From a virus (lineage: Duplodnaviria > Caudoviricetes), in the IMG/VR virus record IMGVR_UViG_3300033463_000076, positions 16,113-80,112 of that record: a stretch of 64,000 nucleotides of DNA, one strand, 5' to 3'. The notes beneath the pieces are model-generated. The model was not told the origin of the DNA. It was given only the letters and a program-made list of their open reading frames with translations, and made no database searches. Shown here in pieces: positions 1 to 10,336 of this stretch (positions within the stretch are counted from its first letter, which is position 1; each line of letters starts with the position of its first letter). A program made the position numbers and the translations under genes.

Positions 1-2716
1 CGTCGAAGTTCTTCGCCTTCGTCTTCAGCGCCCATGCCGCATCGTTGGCCGCGTCACCTGAGTCACGCCTTATCTCCCACGACGTCACGGTGTTCGTGAT
101 ATCCTCCATACCGCCCTTTATGACCTTACACGTCAGGACGGTGGACTCTCCCCACGCAATCACGAAGCCCATCGACGACTCTATCTCGAGCTTCGTCATC
201 AGGCGTTCGAACACGTCGATGGTGCCGAATATGTAGGCATTTCCGAAAATCTGTCCCACGCCGTGGAACACCTTCGTATACTGGTTGCCGCTCTGGTCAA
301 TGGCAGGCAGGGCGAACCCCTCGAGGTTACCACGCACCTCTATGTAGTTGCTCGGCTGGAACTCCCACGTGTTGACGTCAGCAAGCCATACGGTATAGTC
401 GGTAGTCGAGTACTTGAAGGCCTGACGTGTGGCGTCGTTCGGGTTGCCTCGCTGTACGAAGTGCATCCCTGCAAACGGATGTATGCCGTTGCCACCCTCT
501 TCGTCGGTCCTCAGCCTGTACGTGAATATCGAGTTATCGGCCTCAGTTACGTCGACGATCTGGAAATAGACGGTCTTGAATCCTGCGAACGTGAACTTAC
601 CCTTTCGGTCATCCGTGTCCTCTTCGGAGTTACCGCCGTTATGGTCGTGCCATATACCCATGCAGAAATCAAATTCTGCAACGGCACCTATCTCGCCTTC
701 CTCGAGCTTCAGTTTACACCAGCCCTCGGTCTCTGATGTCTGATGCACCTCCTCGATGATACCGCCACCCTTGGACTGCATCTTTACACCCACCTCGACG
801 TTTGCCCTGTTGAACCTCAGTTCAGGAACCTCGAGCCACGTCCTGAGAGACAGCGACTCCAGTTCCGCACGGCCCTGACCGTCGATGCTGCCGCCCTTTC
901 CCACAAGACCAGGAACGAACGTATCACCGAACTGCGCTCCCTTCTCCTCGATGGACTTCTCCTTGAACGTTATCTGCTTCTCGGCTGTGTCGGCCTTGTT
1001 GCGTCTGAGGAAATCCTTATCAGTACGGGCTGCAGAATAGGCGTTGTAGTCACTCGACGGCGTGGTGTCCGTGGTCGTTATCAGGTAGACGGTAGAACCG
1101 CCTCCACCCTGGCCACCTCCACCGCCTGAGCCACCGCCGCCATAGTACACGACGGAACCGGCATAGGCCACTCCGTTGACGGTTATCGACTCCAGCTTCT
1201 GCTCCATGGCCTTCGTTCTGGAGTAGGCGAGGGCTTCACCGATGATGTACTGGGGGGAATCGTAGGGGATATCCAATTTCAGTTCATAGCCGATAACCCG
1301 TGAGCTACGACCCGTCAAAAAGTAGGCGATGTTATTCAGGAAGACAGGCTGACCCAATGAGAATACGACGCTGTTATTCGACTTCATCCAATCGTAGTAC
1401 CAATCGGAATACATATCGCAGGTGTACGTGTTCGGATCAACCTTCATTTCCTCGAGCTTCGCCCTTGCGGCAATCTCCAGCTCTGCCTCCGCATCGTCGA
1501 TAAGGCCAGTACCGCCTATCTTCGTGGAGTCCCAGCCGTAGAGTACGAACGAGTCGCCCACCGACGGATGCAGTGCCTCGTCCGGCAGTTCCCGTCCATA
1601 GTCCTCGTTCACCACCACCTCATAGTACTTCTCCGCATCATCGTAGTGACACTCGAAGTCCATGCCGTTCATCACTCCCGACTGGAACAGGATGTGCAGC
1701 GTCTCACCTTCCAGTATGTAGTCGCTGGAGAAATTCAGACCCGACGAGTCCTTCAGGCGGTAGAACGTCTTCGTGGTGGTCGTACCGTCCTCATTCTCCA
1801 CCGTTGCCTCATATTCAATCACCTCGGACACCACGCAGGCAGTCTTCGGGTATATCTGGTCATCGACATACACGCCCTCGATGGCCTCCGTCTCGTTCTG
1901 TACGTCGCTGTCCTGGATATATCCCAGCGGACAGGTCGTAACGGGCAGCATGAGCCTCTTCTGGACTATGCCGTCACGTGTGATATCCGCCGAGTCGTTC
2001 TTGCGGTAGTCCTTCGGCAAATTCCTCGTCGAGCCGAAAGCGATGATACGAGTGGCGTACTCATTACTTGACTCCGAGCTCTGCATCTTCTCGACGTTGA
2101 TATCTATCGAGAACTGTACGTCCTGACCCGTCAGCAGACACTTGCCAAGGTATATCACGTTACCCTCTACCCACCACTCACACTCAAAAGCCGTAGCGAT
2201 GGCGTTCAGGGCCGATATGATACCCATTTCGGAATACTGGACGTACTTGGCCACTCCGTCCTTCGACGTTGGGAAGTTCCTCAGCTCGAAGCGGAACTGC
2301 TGGCCGTTGTAGAGATACGAACGATCCTTCTCTCCCAGTGCGTTGACATTCCTTATGATAAGGCTCATGTGAACGTCGGCAGTCGCCGTCAGGTGGAAAC
2401 TTACCTCGTTCGAAGTAGACTCAGGCAGGTACTTGCACTTCTTGTTCTCCCACTTCAGGTAGTAAGCCTCCAGCTCCAGCGTGTAGTCGAATCCGCTTGT
2501 CTCTGGGTTGTACTTCGGACGGTAGGGCTTCGTCAGCTCGAACCTTCCGAAATCGTTCTCGAGATAGTCGCCAACCCTGAAATAGACAGGGGCGACGAGA
2601 GTAAACGGAACCTTGACGAAGTGGTCGGCCATCAGCTCCCTGTGAACCAATGAACCCGTCGGCACCTCCTCAAAGGATATGACAGTCTCTCCGCTTATTC
2701 TCTTAATCTCTAACAT
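1..2716 (-). CDS. Large minor tail / host-specificity protein, C-terminus runs off the left edge
   Basis: Hand translation from ATG at 2716 (MLEIKRISGETVISFEEVPTGSLVHRELMADHFV...) stays open to base 2 (...ALKTKAKNFD), about 905 aa. It has a Gly-rich linker near 1100-1140 and follows the tape measure and Dit-like genes. It is absent from the ORF track, presumably because no stop lies in the window. Confidence 0.85.
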   Translation of the reverse strand, partial: MLEIKRISGETVISFEEVPTGSLVHRELMADHFVKVPFTLVAPVYFRVGDYLENDFGRFELTKPYRPKYNPETSGFDYTLELEAYYLKWENKKCKYLPESTSNEVSFHLTATADVHMSLIIRNVNALGEKDRSYLYNGQQFRFELRNFPTSKDGVAKYVQYSEMGIISALNAIATAFECEWWVEGNVIYLGKCLLTGQDVQFSIDINVEKMQSSESSNEYATRIIAFGSTRNLPKDYRKNDSADITRDGIVQKRLMLPVTTCPLGYIQDSDVQNETEAIEGVYVDDQIYPKTACVVSEVIEYEATVENEDGTTTTKTFYRLKDSSGLNFSSDYILEGETLHILFQSGVMNGMDFECHYDDAEKYYEVVVNEDYGRELPDEALHPSVGDSFVLYGWDSTKIGGTGLIDDAEAELEIAARAKLEEMKVDPNTYTCDMYSDWYYDWMKSNNSVVFSLGQPVFLNNIAYFLTGRSSRVIGYELKLDIPYDSPQYIIGEALAYSRTKAMEQKLESITVNGVAYAGSVVYYGGGGSGGGGGQGGGGSTVYLITTTDTTPSSDYNAYSAARTDKDFLRRNKADTAEKQITFKEKSIEEKGAQFGDTFVPGLVGKGGSIDGQGRAELESLSLRTWLEVPELRFNRANVEVGVKMQSKGGGIIEEVHQTSETEGWCKLKLEEGEIGAVAEFDFCMGIWHDHNGGNSEEDTDDRKGKFTFAGFKTVYFQIVDVTEADNSIFTYRLRTDEEGGNGIHPFAGMHFVQRGNPNDATRQAFKYSTTDYTVWLADVNTWEFQPSNYIEVRGNLEGFALPAIDQSGNQYTKVFHGVGQIFGNAYIFGTIDVFERLMTKLEIESSMGFVIAWGESTVLTCKVIKGGMEDITNTVTSWEIRRDSGDAANDAAWALKTKAKNFD

Positions 2717-2723
2717 AACGGCA

Positions 2724-2756
2724 CAAAAATAGTTAATTCTATTTGAAAAACAAATA
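2724..2756 (-). promoter_or_regulatory. Bacteroidota-type promoter (-7 TATTTTTG) with overlapping operator TATTTG-N5-CAAATA
   Basis: -7 box at 2724-2731. Inverted repeat at 2740-2756, whose distal half supplies the -33 TTTG at 19-nt spacing. Confidence 0.7.
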
Positions 2757-2768
2757 AAAACGTCAAAT

Positions 2769-3203
2769 TTAAGAGTTTTTATCAGTTTCGTCCCTGTTCG
2801 TCGGGTCTGGTTCCGACAGCTTCAGCGAGAACTTCGCCATCTGCTGGACGAACTGACTGAACTGAGTGCATGACAGATAGATGCAGCGGTAATAGACGGT
2901 TGGCTGGAAACTCGTACGAATCTCCAACACTCCCTTCTTCAGCTCATTGCAGAAATCACCGTACCGCTGGTAGAACGTGCTCCTGTCGGGTGCAGTGATA
3001 TGCACCTCAAGGTTCATTTCCCTCGAATCCTGCACGACATCCTTCGGTATTACCTTCTTGCCTGGCAGCTTCCTGTATGCACTCTCTATCAGTGACTTGT
3101 TGGGCGCAGGGGTCATCAGTGCCGACAGCGCACCGTCGGACAGCGACAGACCGTACTCGTCGTATGCGTCCTTACTGTTTATGAACAACTCTCCCTTTGG
3201 CAT
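2769..3203 (-). CDS. Distal-tail (Dit)-like protein
   Basis: 144 aa, between the tape measure and the large tail gene; positional and size inference. Confidence 0.55.
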   Translation of the reverse strand: MPKGELFINSKDAYDEYGLSLSDGALSALMTPAPNKSLIESAYRKLPGKKVIPKDVVQDSREMNLEVHITAPDRSTFYQRYGDFCNELKKGVLEIRTSFQPTVYYRCIYLSCTQFSQFVQQMAKFSLKLSEPDPTNRDETDKNS

Positions 3204-3205
3204 GG

Positions 3206-6200
3206 CTATAAATTCTTAGTGTTGTTAGCAATATCCTCGAGCGAACCGCCCAGCTTCACATACATCAGCTTGGCATATCGCACCATATCCTCCAAATAGC
3301 CCGTCGATGTGAACACGAGGGCACGAATCTCAGAGACGTCACTGGCCATGGACGAACTGAACGTCACGATGCTTGTCAGGTGCTCCACAGCGAGAATCAT
3401 CTGACTGCTGATCGCGTCGTTCGATATCTGCAGGGCGGTAAATCGGCCGTTCAGCTCCTCGCCAGTGTCCTGACTCATGGCCTCGAAGCCCTTGGAACTG
3501 GCTTCCTGAGTGTAGGCACCGCCCGACCATCCCATAGACTTACGCAGTTCGTCACGCTCCTTCAAGGCATCGTTGACGATATCCTGGTACTCCTTCTTCA
3601 AGGCGTCCTGCTCCTGCTTCGTCAGTTCGCTTCCCGACTCAGAGGCTTCGGCGAAACTCTTGTACCACTGCTCCAGACGTGCCTTGTACTTCGACAGCAT
3701 CAGGCTCGAGATAATGGCGTTCTGCATATACTTCTCGAACTTCTCCGTGAACGTCTTGGCATCAGAGTCCATATCCATCAACTGGCTCTTGAAGTCCGAC
3801 GTGAGAGAGTCGAACGACATTCCAGTCAGCTGCTCACGTGCCTCCTCGACAGCCTTCTTCATTTCATCGTCTGCCTCGATAATCATGTCAAGGTACTTAC
3901 GGGCTTCCTCAGACAGCGACTGCCAGAACTGACGGTTGCTGTACTTCAGGTCACGCAGTTCGTCGGCAGACAGGTCAAACAGCCTTGATATATCACCGTT
4001 GGCTACATATTGGAACTGAGTACCCATAAAGTTCCTCAGCTCGGCACCCATACGCTTCGCCAGTTCGGGATCACTCTCCCACAGATATCCCCAGTTCGCG
4101 TCTCTGTTAGCCTCATAGCCGTTCGAGTGTGAGAACCAGCCGGCACCGTCAGAGGCCCAGGCACGGTACATTTCCGCTGCGGCCTTCTGCGTCAGTTCAA
4201 GGTCTCGCTCGGTCTTCGTCATAATAGCGGAAACACCCTCACCGTAGGCTTCCTCCATCAGCTTCTTCTCGTACTCAAGGTTATCCTTCCACGTGTCGAG
4301 CAGCCAGCCCCACTTCTTCGTAGCAGCCTCGAAGTTCTTAGTACCACCTCCGAAGACACCACTCATGTCGAAGCCGAACAGGCCACCTATACCCGATACC
4401 ACACCGCCGATGATATTACCCACGCCCTGTACGACGTTGGCGATAATCTGCGGCAGGTCTTTAAGGATGGCCTCAATGACCTTTGCAATCTTATTCAGGA
4501 TATCCTCGATGAACTGTGCAGGGTCTTCACCCAGCGCGTCGATAATCTGCAGGATGGCACCGATGATACCACCGACCTTTCCGCCTATCTCGCTGAACGT
4601 AGCGGCCACCTTCTTGCCGCTTCCAGATATCTGATTGATAAGGTTATAAATACCAGTTGCGAAGCCTCCCAGCGATCCCGACGTCAGCTGTCCCAGTATG
4701 GTGTCGAACTTCCTCAGTCCCTGAGTAGCGGAATCAGTAGCGCCTTTCAGGTTCTGGTTGGCCTTGTTCTTCTCCTCCTCGGTCTTCTTGACGGCCTCTG
4801 AGGACTCTGCGACGGCCTGGTTGGCCATGTCGACCTTCATCTGAGCCATCATCTTAGCGGTAGGCGTTGTGGCCTCCTGCAGCTCCTTCTCGGCTGCAAT
4901 CAGCTTATCGACAGCGTTCTTATGTGTCTCTTGTGCGTTCAGGAAATCCCTAACCCTCTGCTTGTACTCGTCGGCATACTTGGCGATATCATCCCACGTC
5001 GATGCCTTGAACGGGCTGGCACTCTGAACACCACCTGCATCCACCAACTGGCTTCTGAGGTCATAGTAGGCTTTCTTGTCAGCAGCGTCGAGTTCCTTGA
5101 ACTCCTTCGTGTTCATGTATTCATCGACCTTCTGAAGCGTCTCTCTTGCGATACCCTCGAGGACGTTACCGATACCACCAAACACCTGATTCCAGTCGAT
5201 GCTCATAGCCATAGCCTGAGCGTTCACCTTAGACAGTGCGCTCTTCTTGTCAGCCTCGAGCATCATTTTACGGCTCTTGCTGTGTTCCTCGGCGATACGG
5301 CGGTCATACTCCTTGGATATGGCATAGCGCTGCTGTTCGAGCGTACCGTACTGCTTCAGGTAGTCGTACATGCCAGTCAGCTCGTCGACGTACCTCTGCT
5401 GTATGATACGTGAATAGTCGTTCTGCTCCTTCTCCAGCTGAGCCTTTATGAGATTGTTCTGGTCCTCGGACAGCGTGACACCCTGCCAGCCCGCCTTACC
5501 CTCGGCTGTGTCCTCATAGACACCATCCTTGTGGGCATTCTCCCAGACGCGCTTGTTATGCTCATAGACGGCCTTCTTCATTTCCTCGGCCTGCTCCTCG
5601 ATCTGACGGATGTTACGGCGGTGCTGTTCGTCCTGCTCGGCACGTTCACGCTCGCCCTCGTTCCTTATATATGATATACGCACGTCACTGCGTGCATCGT
5701 CAAGTCTCTTGCGGAGGTCATCAAGCTCCTCCTGCCAGCGTCTCTCCTCCTGGAGTGCAGCGGCACGTCTCTTTGCGACATCGTTCGTACCGCCCTTCTT
5801 GCCAGAGGTGGAACCGCCATACTTCTGATACTGCTTCTTAGCGTCATCGACATCGGCCTGAAGCTGCTCGACCTTCTTATCAAACGTTTCCTTATCGACC
5901 TCGTCCTTCTGCTTGTAGTAGTCATCAAGGGCTTTCTCAGCGGCCTTCCACTTCGAGTAGGCATCGGCCTTCCACTGGGCTGCGGTCTTGGTAGGAGCGG
6001 CGCTTGCGCTTCTCTCGTACTTGCCAGTGACATAGTTGAAGTACATACCCTCCTTGCCGTTGTTCCTCGCATTCTCAAGACCCTCCTCGGCCTCCTTGTA
6101 GTGAATCTGGAAATACAGCGGAATGGTCGTGGCGCCAGTGGCCACCCAGCCGGCCTTCATGTTCAGGATATCGTCGAGGGCCTTCTGCTTCTCCTCCAGC

Positions 6201-8107
6201 GCGAGTCTCAGCTTGATATCGGCAGGACTCTCGGCGACCTTCTTTCTGAGGTCTTCAACCTCTTCCTGCAGGTCACTGATAAGGTCATCGTATTTCTTGC
6301 GGACATCCTCGGCGACCTTCTCGTAGTCTGTGGGTATGTTCGTGTTCGATATCGTACCCTCGGCGATATCATGAGCCTCCTTGAGCATACCGGCGAGATC
6401 AGCGGCCTTCTTGTAGAACTTGTATATCTCCTCCTTCGCCTGGACGTTCTCGTTGGCTTCCTGAATCTTTATCTCGAGAGGCTTGCTGTTCTCAGCTATC
6501 TCCTGTCTGATGCGATTCATTTCAACGAGCTTAGAGATATAGATATCCAGTTCGGCCTCGGCCTCCTCCACATCTTTCTTCGATGTGTTATTGGTAGTCG
6601 TATATCCATACGTCGCAGCGTTCACCGTTTCCTCATAAGCGGCCTTAGTCACCTCAAGCTTTTCCCTCAGTTCGTCAACCTTCTGCTGGATATGCTCGAA
6701 GTTGGCTTCGTTCATCTGCTGGTTCAGCTCACGGTTGGCCTGAGCCAAGTCCATAGTGGCCACCTCTGCCTTCGAATACTTCTCCGTAAGGGTAGGAGCG
6801 GCCTTCGACAGCATTTCCCACGCTACGGCCTTATCGTATTCCGTCGCGCTTGCATCCTGCAGGGTGTTGATATAGCCCTGAATCTTATTCTTCTGCTCGT
6901 CGAGACCGTCGGCGAACTTCTGCATTTCCTCGTTGGCCTTACGACGGGCGATAGTCTCTGCATCCTCGGCGGTAGCGAGCTTGTATGTCAGCACCACCAG
7001 CGTAGTGATGGCTGCTGCAGCCCACACGTAGGGGTTCATCAGGGTAGCCGCTGCGAGTTCCTTCGTGGCGACTATCAGTGAACGGCGAACGTTTGTAAGC
7101 ATGACCTCCATAGCTGCCTGACGTGCCTGTCCTGCCGTCAGTGCATGGCCAGCGGCCGTTGCGAGAGCCTGCTGTACCGCTGCCTCTGCCATCAGGGCAT
7201 TGTTGGCCTTCTGAATGGCATTGACGGCAATCATGACAGCCTTGTACGATCCGATGGCAACTGCAGCCGTGCCGATAGCCTCACCGACACCTCTCCAGTT
7301 CTCGACGAGGTACGAGACGGCACCCAGTCCGGCGTTGATGACACCCTCAGACTGCTTACCCATATCGTTGAACATCATATCGACGGCATCCTCGATGTTC
7401 GATATCTGTCCTACGATGGTCTTCGACTGCTCCTTCATGAGACCGCCGAACTTGCTGCCCTCGTTCGTCATATTGATAAACGCCTGATGGAACACATCGG
7501 CCGTCACCTTACCTGCTGTTACCAAATCGGGTATCTGGTTCTTCGTGACGTTCAGCACCTTTGCAATCTCCTCGGCGATAGGAATACCTCGGCCCTGGAA
7601 CTGCCTCAAGTCCTGCGTGAACATCCTACCCTGAACCATAGTAGTACCGTAGAGGTACACCAAATCGCTCAACTGGATAGACATACCTGCAGCGACATCA
7701 CCCAGACGGACAATCATTTCGTTAACGTCATCGACGGCAGTGCCGTAGGCAAGCAACTGCTTGGCACCGTCGGCCACGCCTTTCAGGTCGAACGGGGTGG
7801 TGGCTGCAGTCTTGACCAGCTGATCCATCAGCTTCTGTGCGGCCTGTTCGCTTCCGAGCATCGTCTTGAAGGCCACCTCCAGCTGCTGGAACTGACCACG
7901 CACATCCATGATATCGCTTATCAGTTCCTTTGCGGAGAATCCTGCGAACGACAAAGCAGCCGCCTTCTTCAGACGGTCAAACATCTGCTCGACACCCATA
8001 CCGGACTTCTCCACGTCCTGCATGGTAGAGCGGACACTGTTACGTACACCCTCCATCGACGTGAGGAATCCCTTGTTATCTCCAGTTATAGCGAACTTTA
8101 TAGGCAT
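3206..8107 (-). CDS. Tail tape measure protein
   Basis: 1633 aa, helical and Ala/Glu/Lys-rich. N-terminal tape-measure segment (TAATTPFDLKGVADGAKQLLAYG...GRMFTQDLRQFQGRGIPI). Confidence 0.93.
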   Translation of the reverse strand: MPIKFAITGDNKGFLTSMEGVRNSVRSTMQDVEKSGMGVEQMFDRLKKAAALSFAGFSAKELISDIMDVRGQFQQLEVAFKTMLGSEQAAQKLMDQLVKTAATTPFDLKGVADGAKQLLAYGTAVDDVNEMIVRLGDVAAGMSIQLSDLVYLYGTTMVQGRMFTQDLRQFQGRGIPIAEEIAKVLNVTKNQIPDLVTAGKVTADVFHQAFINMTNEGSKFGGLMKEQSKTIVGQISNIEDAVDMMFNDMGKQSEGVINAGLGAVSYLVENWRGVGEAIGTAAVAIGSYKAVMIAVNAIQKANNALMAEAAVQQALATAAGHALTAGQARQAAMEVMLTNVRRSLIVATKELAAATLMNPYVWAAAAITTLVVLTYKLATAEDAETIARRKANEEMQKFADGLDEQKNKIQGYINTLQDASATEYDKAVAWEMLSKAAPTLTEKYSKAEVATMDLAQANRELNQQMNEANFEHIQQKVDELREKLEVTKAAYEETVNAATYGYTTTNNTSKKDVEEAEAELDIYISKLVEMNRIRQEIAENSKPLEIKIQEANENVQAKEEIYKFYKKAADLAGMLKEAHDIAEGTISNTNIPTDYEKVAEDVRKKYDDLISDLQEEVEDLRKKVAESPADIKLRLALEEKQKALDDILNMKAGWVATGATTIPLYFQIHYKEAEEGLENARNNGKEGMYFNYVTGKYERSASAAPTKTAAQWKADAYSKWKAAEKALDDYYKQKDEVDKETFDKKVEQLQADVDDAKKQYQKYGGSTSGKKGGTNDVAKRRAAALQEERRWQEELDDLRKRLDDARSDVRISYIRNEGERERAEQDEQHRRNIRQIEEQAEEMKKAVYEHNKRVWENAHKDGVYEDTAEGKAGWQGVTLSEDQNNLIKAQLEKEQNDYSRIIQQRYVDELTGMYDYLKQYGTLEQQRYAISKEYDRRIAEEHSKSRKMMLEADKKSALSKVNAQAMAMSIDWNQVFGGIGNVLEGIARETLQKVDEYMNTKEFKELDAADKKAYYDLRSQLVDAGGVQSASPFKASTWDDIAKYADEYKQRVRDFLNAQETHKNAVDKLIAAEKELQEATTPTAKMMAQMKVDMANQAVAESSEAVKKTEEEKNKANQNLKGATDSATQGLRKFDTILGQLTSGSLGGFATGIYNLINQISGSGKKVAATFSEIGGKVGGIIGAILQIIDALGEDPAQFIEDILNKIAKVIEAILKDLPQIIANVVQGVGNIIGGVVSGIGGLFGFDMSGVFGGGTKNFEAATKKWGWLLDTWKDNLEYEKKLMEEAYGEGVSAIMTKTERDLELTQKAAAEMYRAWASDGAGWFSHSNGYEANRDANWGYLWESDPELAKRMGAELRNFMGTQFQYVANGDISRLFDLSADELRDLKYSNRQFWQSLSEEARKYLDMIIEADDEMKKAVEEAREQLTGMSFDSLTSDFKSQLMDMDSDAKTFTEKFEKYMQNAIISSLMLSKYKARLEQWYKSFAEASESGSELTKQEQDALKKEYQDIVNDALKERDELRKSMGWSGGAYTQEASSKGFEAMSQDTGEELNGRFTALQISNDAISSQMILAVEHLTSIVTFSSSMASDVSEIRALVFTSTGYLEDMVRYAKLMYVKLGGSLEDIANNTKNL

Positions 8108-8123
8108 ATCTCAAAACAATTAG

Positions 8124-8855
8124 TTACTCGAAATCAACATTTTTCAGCTTACCCTTCAGCTTATCCATGGCCTGCGGGTCGTTAGCGTCTATCATAGTGC
8201 CGCCTACCTCGTCGGGCAGGCTCTTCAGTTCATCGTCCGACAGGTAGACGGATGTCATCTTATCGGCAATCATCATCCTCAGATAGCAGTAGCCCTTCTC
8301 GTACAGAATCTCGTCATCGGAGTAGCCCATTTCCTTGAGCTGTCCGATGAACGTACCGAACAGACTGAGGCCACCGAACGATATATTGTTCTTATCGTCC
8401 TTCTTGACCTTCATTATCTTCGCACGTCTCACCGCCTCCTTATCCAGTCCGATATGCCTGTAGAGGGCGTCGGTCTTATCCCACGTCAGGACATAGACCA
8501 TCATCGTGGCGATATCCTCATACGACAGTTTCTCCTTGAAGCGATCAAAGCGCTTCTCGATGGCATCGTAGTCGTACAAATCCTTATAGGTGTTAGGGGC
8601 TGTGAAAACGGCAATGATACGGCAGCAGACCTCAGTATGTTCCTCCGCAAGCCTGACAGCCTCCATATAGGCGTTCAGCCTTACGTTCTCCTCACTGAAA
8701 TCAAGCTCGTCGAAATACCGCTTGAGCAGGAACATCTTCGCCAGCGTCATAGGATAGAGGCGAAACCTGTCCTTCTCTACGAAAAAATCATGCGGCGCAC
8801 CGATGATAACATCCGCAAGGTCATACTCAATATCTGTCTTCTTATGCTCGTCCAT
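8124..8855 (-). CDS. Tail assembly chaperone (putative)
   Basis: 243 aa, between tail tube and tape measure genes. Confidence 0.55.
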   Translation of the reverse strand: MDEHKKTDIEYDLADVIIGAPHDFFVEKDRFRLYPMTLAKMFLLKRYFDELDFSEENVRLNAYMEAVRLAEEHTEVCCRIIAVFTAPNTYKDLYDYDAIEKRFDRFKEKLSYEDIATMMVYVLTWDKTDALYRHIGLDKEAVRRAKIMKVKKDDKNNISFGGLSLFGTFIGQLKEMGYSDDEILYEKGYCYLRMMIADKMTSVYLSDDELKSLPDEVGGTMIDANDPQAMDKLKGKLKNVDFE

Positions 8856-8857
8856 AG

Positions 8858-8936
8858 TGCCCGTGACTGGAATCGAACCAGCGCGTACCCCTGAAAGGAG
8901 GATAAAGGAGGTGTTCTACCGCTGAACTACACGGAC
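8858..8936 (-). tRNA. tRNA-like element with abnormal expanded anticodon loop (possibly a degenerate Glu-TTC)
   Basis: Acceptor GTCCGTG/CACGGGC, D-arm GTTC-AGCGGTA-GAAC, T-arm GCTGG-TTCGATT-CCAGT. The anticodon arm carries a tandem CCTCCTTT duplication. Confidence 0.6.
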
Positions 8937-8937
8937 T

Positions 8938-8968
8938 AAAAAATGCCGCCCCAACGAATCGAGGCGGC
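8938..8968 (-). terminator. Intrinsic terminator after the tail tube gene
   Basis: GCCGCC/GGCGGC hairpin followed by a T-run on the minus strand. Confidence 0.7.
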
Positions 8969-8976
8969 TATTGTGG

Positions 8977-9435
8977 TTAATCACCGTCTTCAGGGTCTAC
9001 TGCAGGAGTGGCACCCTTCTTGTGGAAGGTCACGTCGGTCAACTTACCGTTGTCGTCGTGGGCACCCTTCGTCTTGTAGGTGTAGACGGCTACCAGACCA
9101 TCGGTAGAATCGAACTTCACACTGATGCTGCGTGAACAGCTGCTCAGCTTGACGCCGATAGCACCGGCATTCTCAGGGATAACCTCTGCGTCGCCAGCGT
9201 TCTCGACAAATCCTACCTCAACCTCATTCTCGGAACCGATACGACGGTTGTAGGTCAGCGTATACTTGTCAGGCTCTCTCTTACGAGCTTCAGCCTCACC
9301 ACCTTCGATCAGGGCCTCAGTCTCCTGGCCTTCCTCGACGGAAAGGGCGGTAGAACCCTGCACGATGTCGTTGTGGGTAGTATTGCCGTTCTTGACAGCG
9401 CACTTACCCCAACCGATAATTTTCTGTTCTGCCAT
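8977..9435 (-). CDS. Major tail tube protein
   Basis: 152 aa, beta-rich (IGWGKC...TALSVEEG...IEGGEAE), in the canonical position. Confidence 0.7.
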   Translation of the reverse strand: MAEQKIIGWGKCAVKNGNTTHNDIVQGSTALSVEEGQETEALIEGGEAEARKREPDKYTLTYNRRIGSENEVEVGFVENAGDAEVIPENAGAIGVKLSSCSRSISVKFDSTDGLVAVYTYKTKGAHDDNGKLTDVTFHKKGATPAVDPEDGD

Positions 9436-9440
9436 AATTC

Positions 9441-9842
9441 TTACTCGTTAACTATTTCGTACAACAATCTGTTATTTATCACGTGCTCCCTCTCGTTCCC
9501 TGCATCAATGGTGTGCTGGGTCTCGAGGTGTATTCTGGCGGTGCCAATCCAAAAGACATCCATTATCTCAGCGGCCAGCTTGCTCAGCTCACCGAGCCGT
9601 TCGCCGTGTTCCTCGTACTGACCGTTCTTCTTGACGTTCTGGTCCTGTACGTAGATGTTGACATTGACCACAGCCTGCTGACGCTGTTCGTTGACGTTAG
9701 CAAGCACGGAGATAACGATATCCTCGTTCTTCGAGTTTAGCGGGCGCTTACGGGTTGTTACGACACCACTGACCTCGTTGGCCAGTTCCGTGCCTTTGAT
9801 GAACTCGAATATCTCTTCCTTTATCTCCTGGTCTGTCTTCAT
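9441..9842 (-). CDS. Tail terminator / completion protein
   Basis: 133 aa with a VNVNIYVQD strand; position between gp10-like and tube genes. Confidence 0.6.
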   Translation of the reverse strand: MKTDQEIKEEIFEFIKGTELANEVSGVVTTRKRPLNSKNEDIVISVLANVNEQRQQAVVNVNIYVQDQNVKKNGQYEEHGERLGELSKLAAEIMDVFWIGTARIHLETQHTIDAGNEREHVINNRLLYEIVNE

Positions 9843-10336
9843 GCTGCTGCGAGAAACTTGTTTATCCGCTTTTCCGCACGCTCCTGCGTACGTTTCATGT
9901 AGTCTTCTATCTTAGCCCTTGCCCACAGCTCAGTAGATGCGAGCACGTCCTTAGACTCGATGGCCTCGACATATTCAGCGTAGCTCATACCTGCAACGAC
10001 CACGAGGGCGTACGCCTTGGCGAACTCAGAAGCCAGTTCGGAAATGTACTTCTTACTGGCTGCTTCACCCTCGCTACCGTCCATGACAACCTCAAAGGCG
10101 CTTTCCATCTGCTTCTTGCCGTACTCGAAGACGGCATAGCCGATTGAACTGCGGAGGTTACCCGTCCGGTCGATCCAGCTCTCCTCTGCGGAACGGTCCC
10201 TGATGCGTCTGTTACACTGCTCTCCGAGGTACTTGAGCGTTCTCAGAACCTCCTCCCGAATGATACGGGCGATGCCGAGAAACATCTTATCCAAGTCCTG
10301 CTTCGAGTTGGTACACTTTACTCCCATCAGACCCAA
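9839..10336 (-). CDS. HK97 gp10-like neck protein
   Basis: DRTGNLRSSIGY and GMSYAEYVE motifs typical of the gp10-like family. Confidence 0.75.
   Translation of the reverse strand: MGLMGVKCTNSKQDLDKMFLGIARIIREEVLRTLKYLGEQCNRRIRDRSAEESWIDRTGNLRSSIGYAVFEYGKKQMESAFEVVMDGSEGEAASKKYISELASEFAKAYALVVVAGMSYAEYVEAIESKDVLASTELWARAKIEDYMKRTQERAEKRINKFLAAA

Noticed and set aside
1095-1260. Gly-rich repeat and G6 run in the tail gene as a phase-variation tract
   Set aside because: It encodes an in-frame GGGGS-like linker, and the homopolymer is too short to support slippage.
1-2716. Diversity-generating retroelement target in the tail gene, as in some Bacteroidales phages
   Set aside because: No reverse transcriptase and no TR/VR repeat pair in the window; the C-terminus that would hold a VR lies outside it.
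8124-8977. Programmed -1 frameshift in the tail chaperone
   Set aside because: Only one chaperone ORF reaches the tape measure gene, and I found no convincing slippery site with an open second frame.
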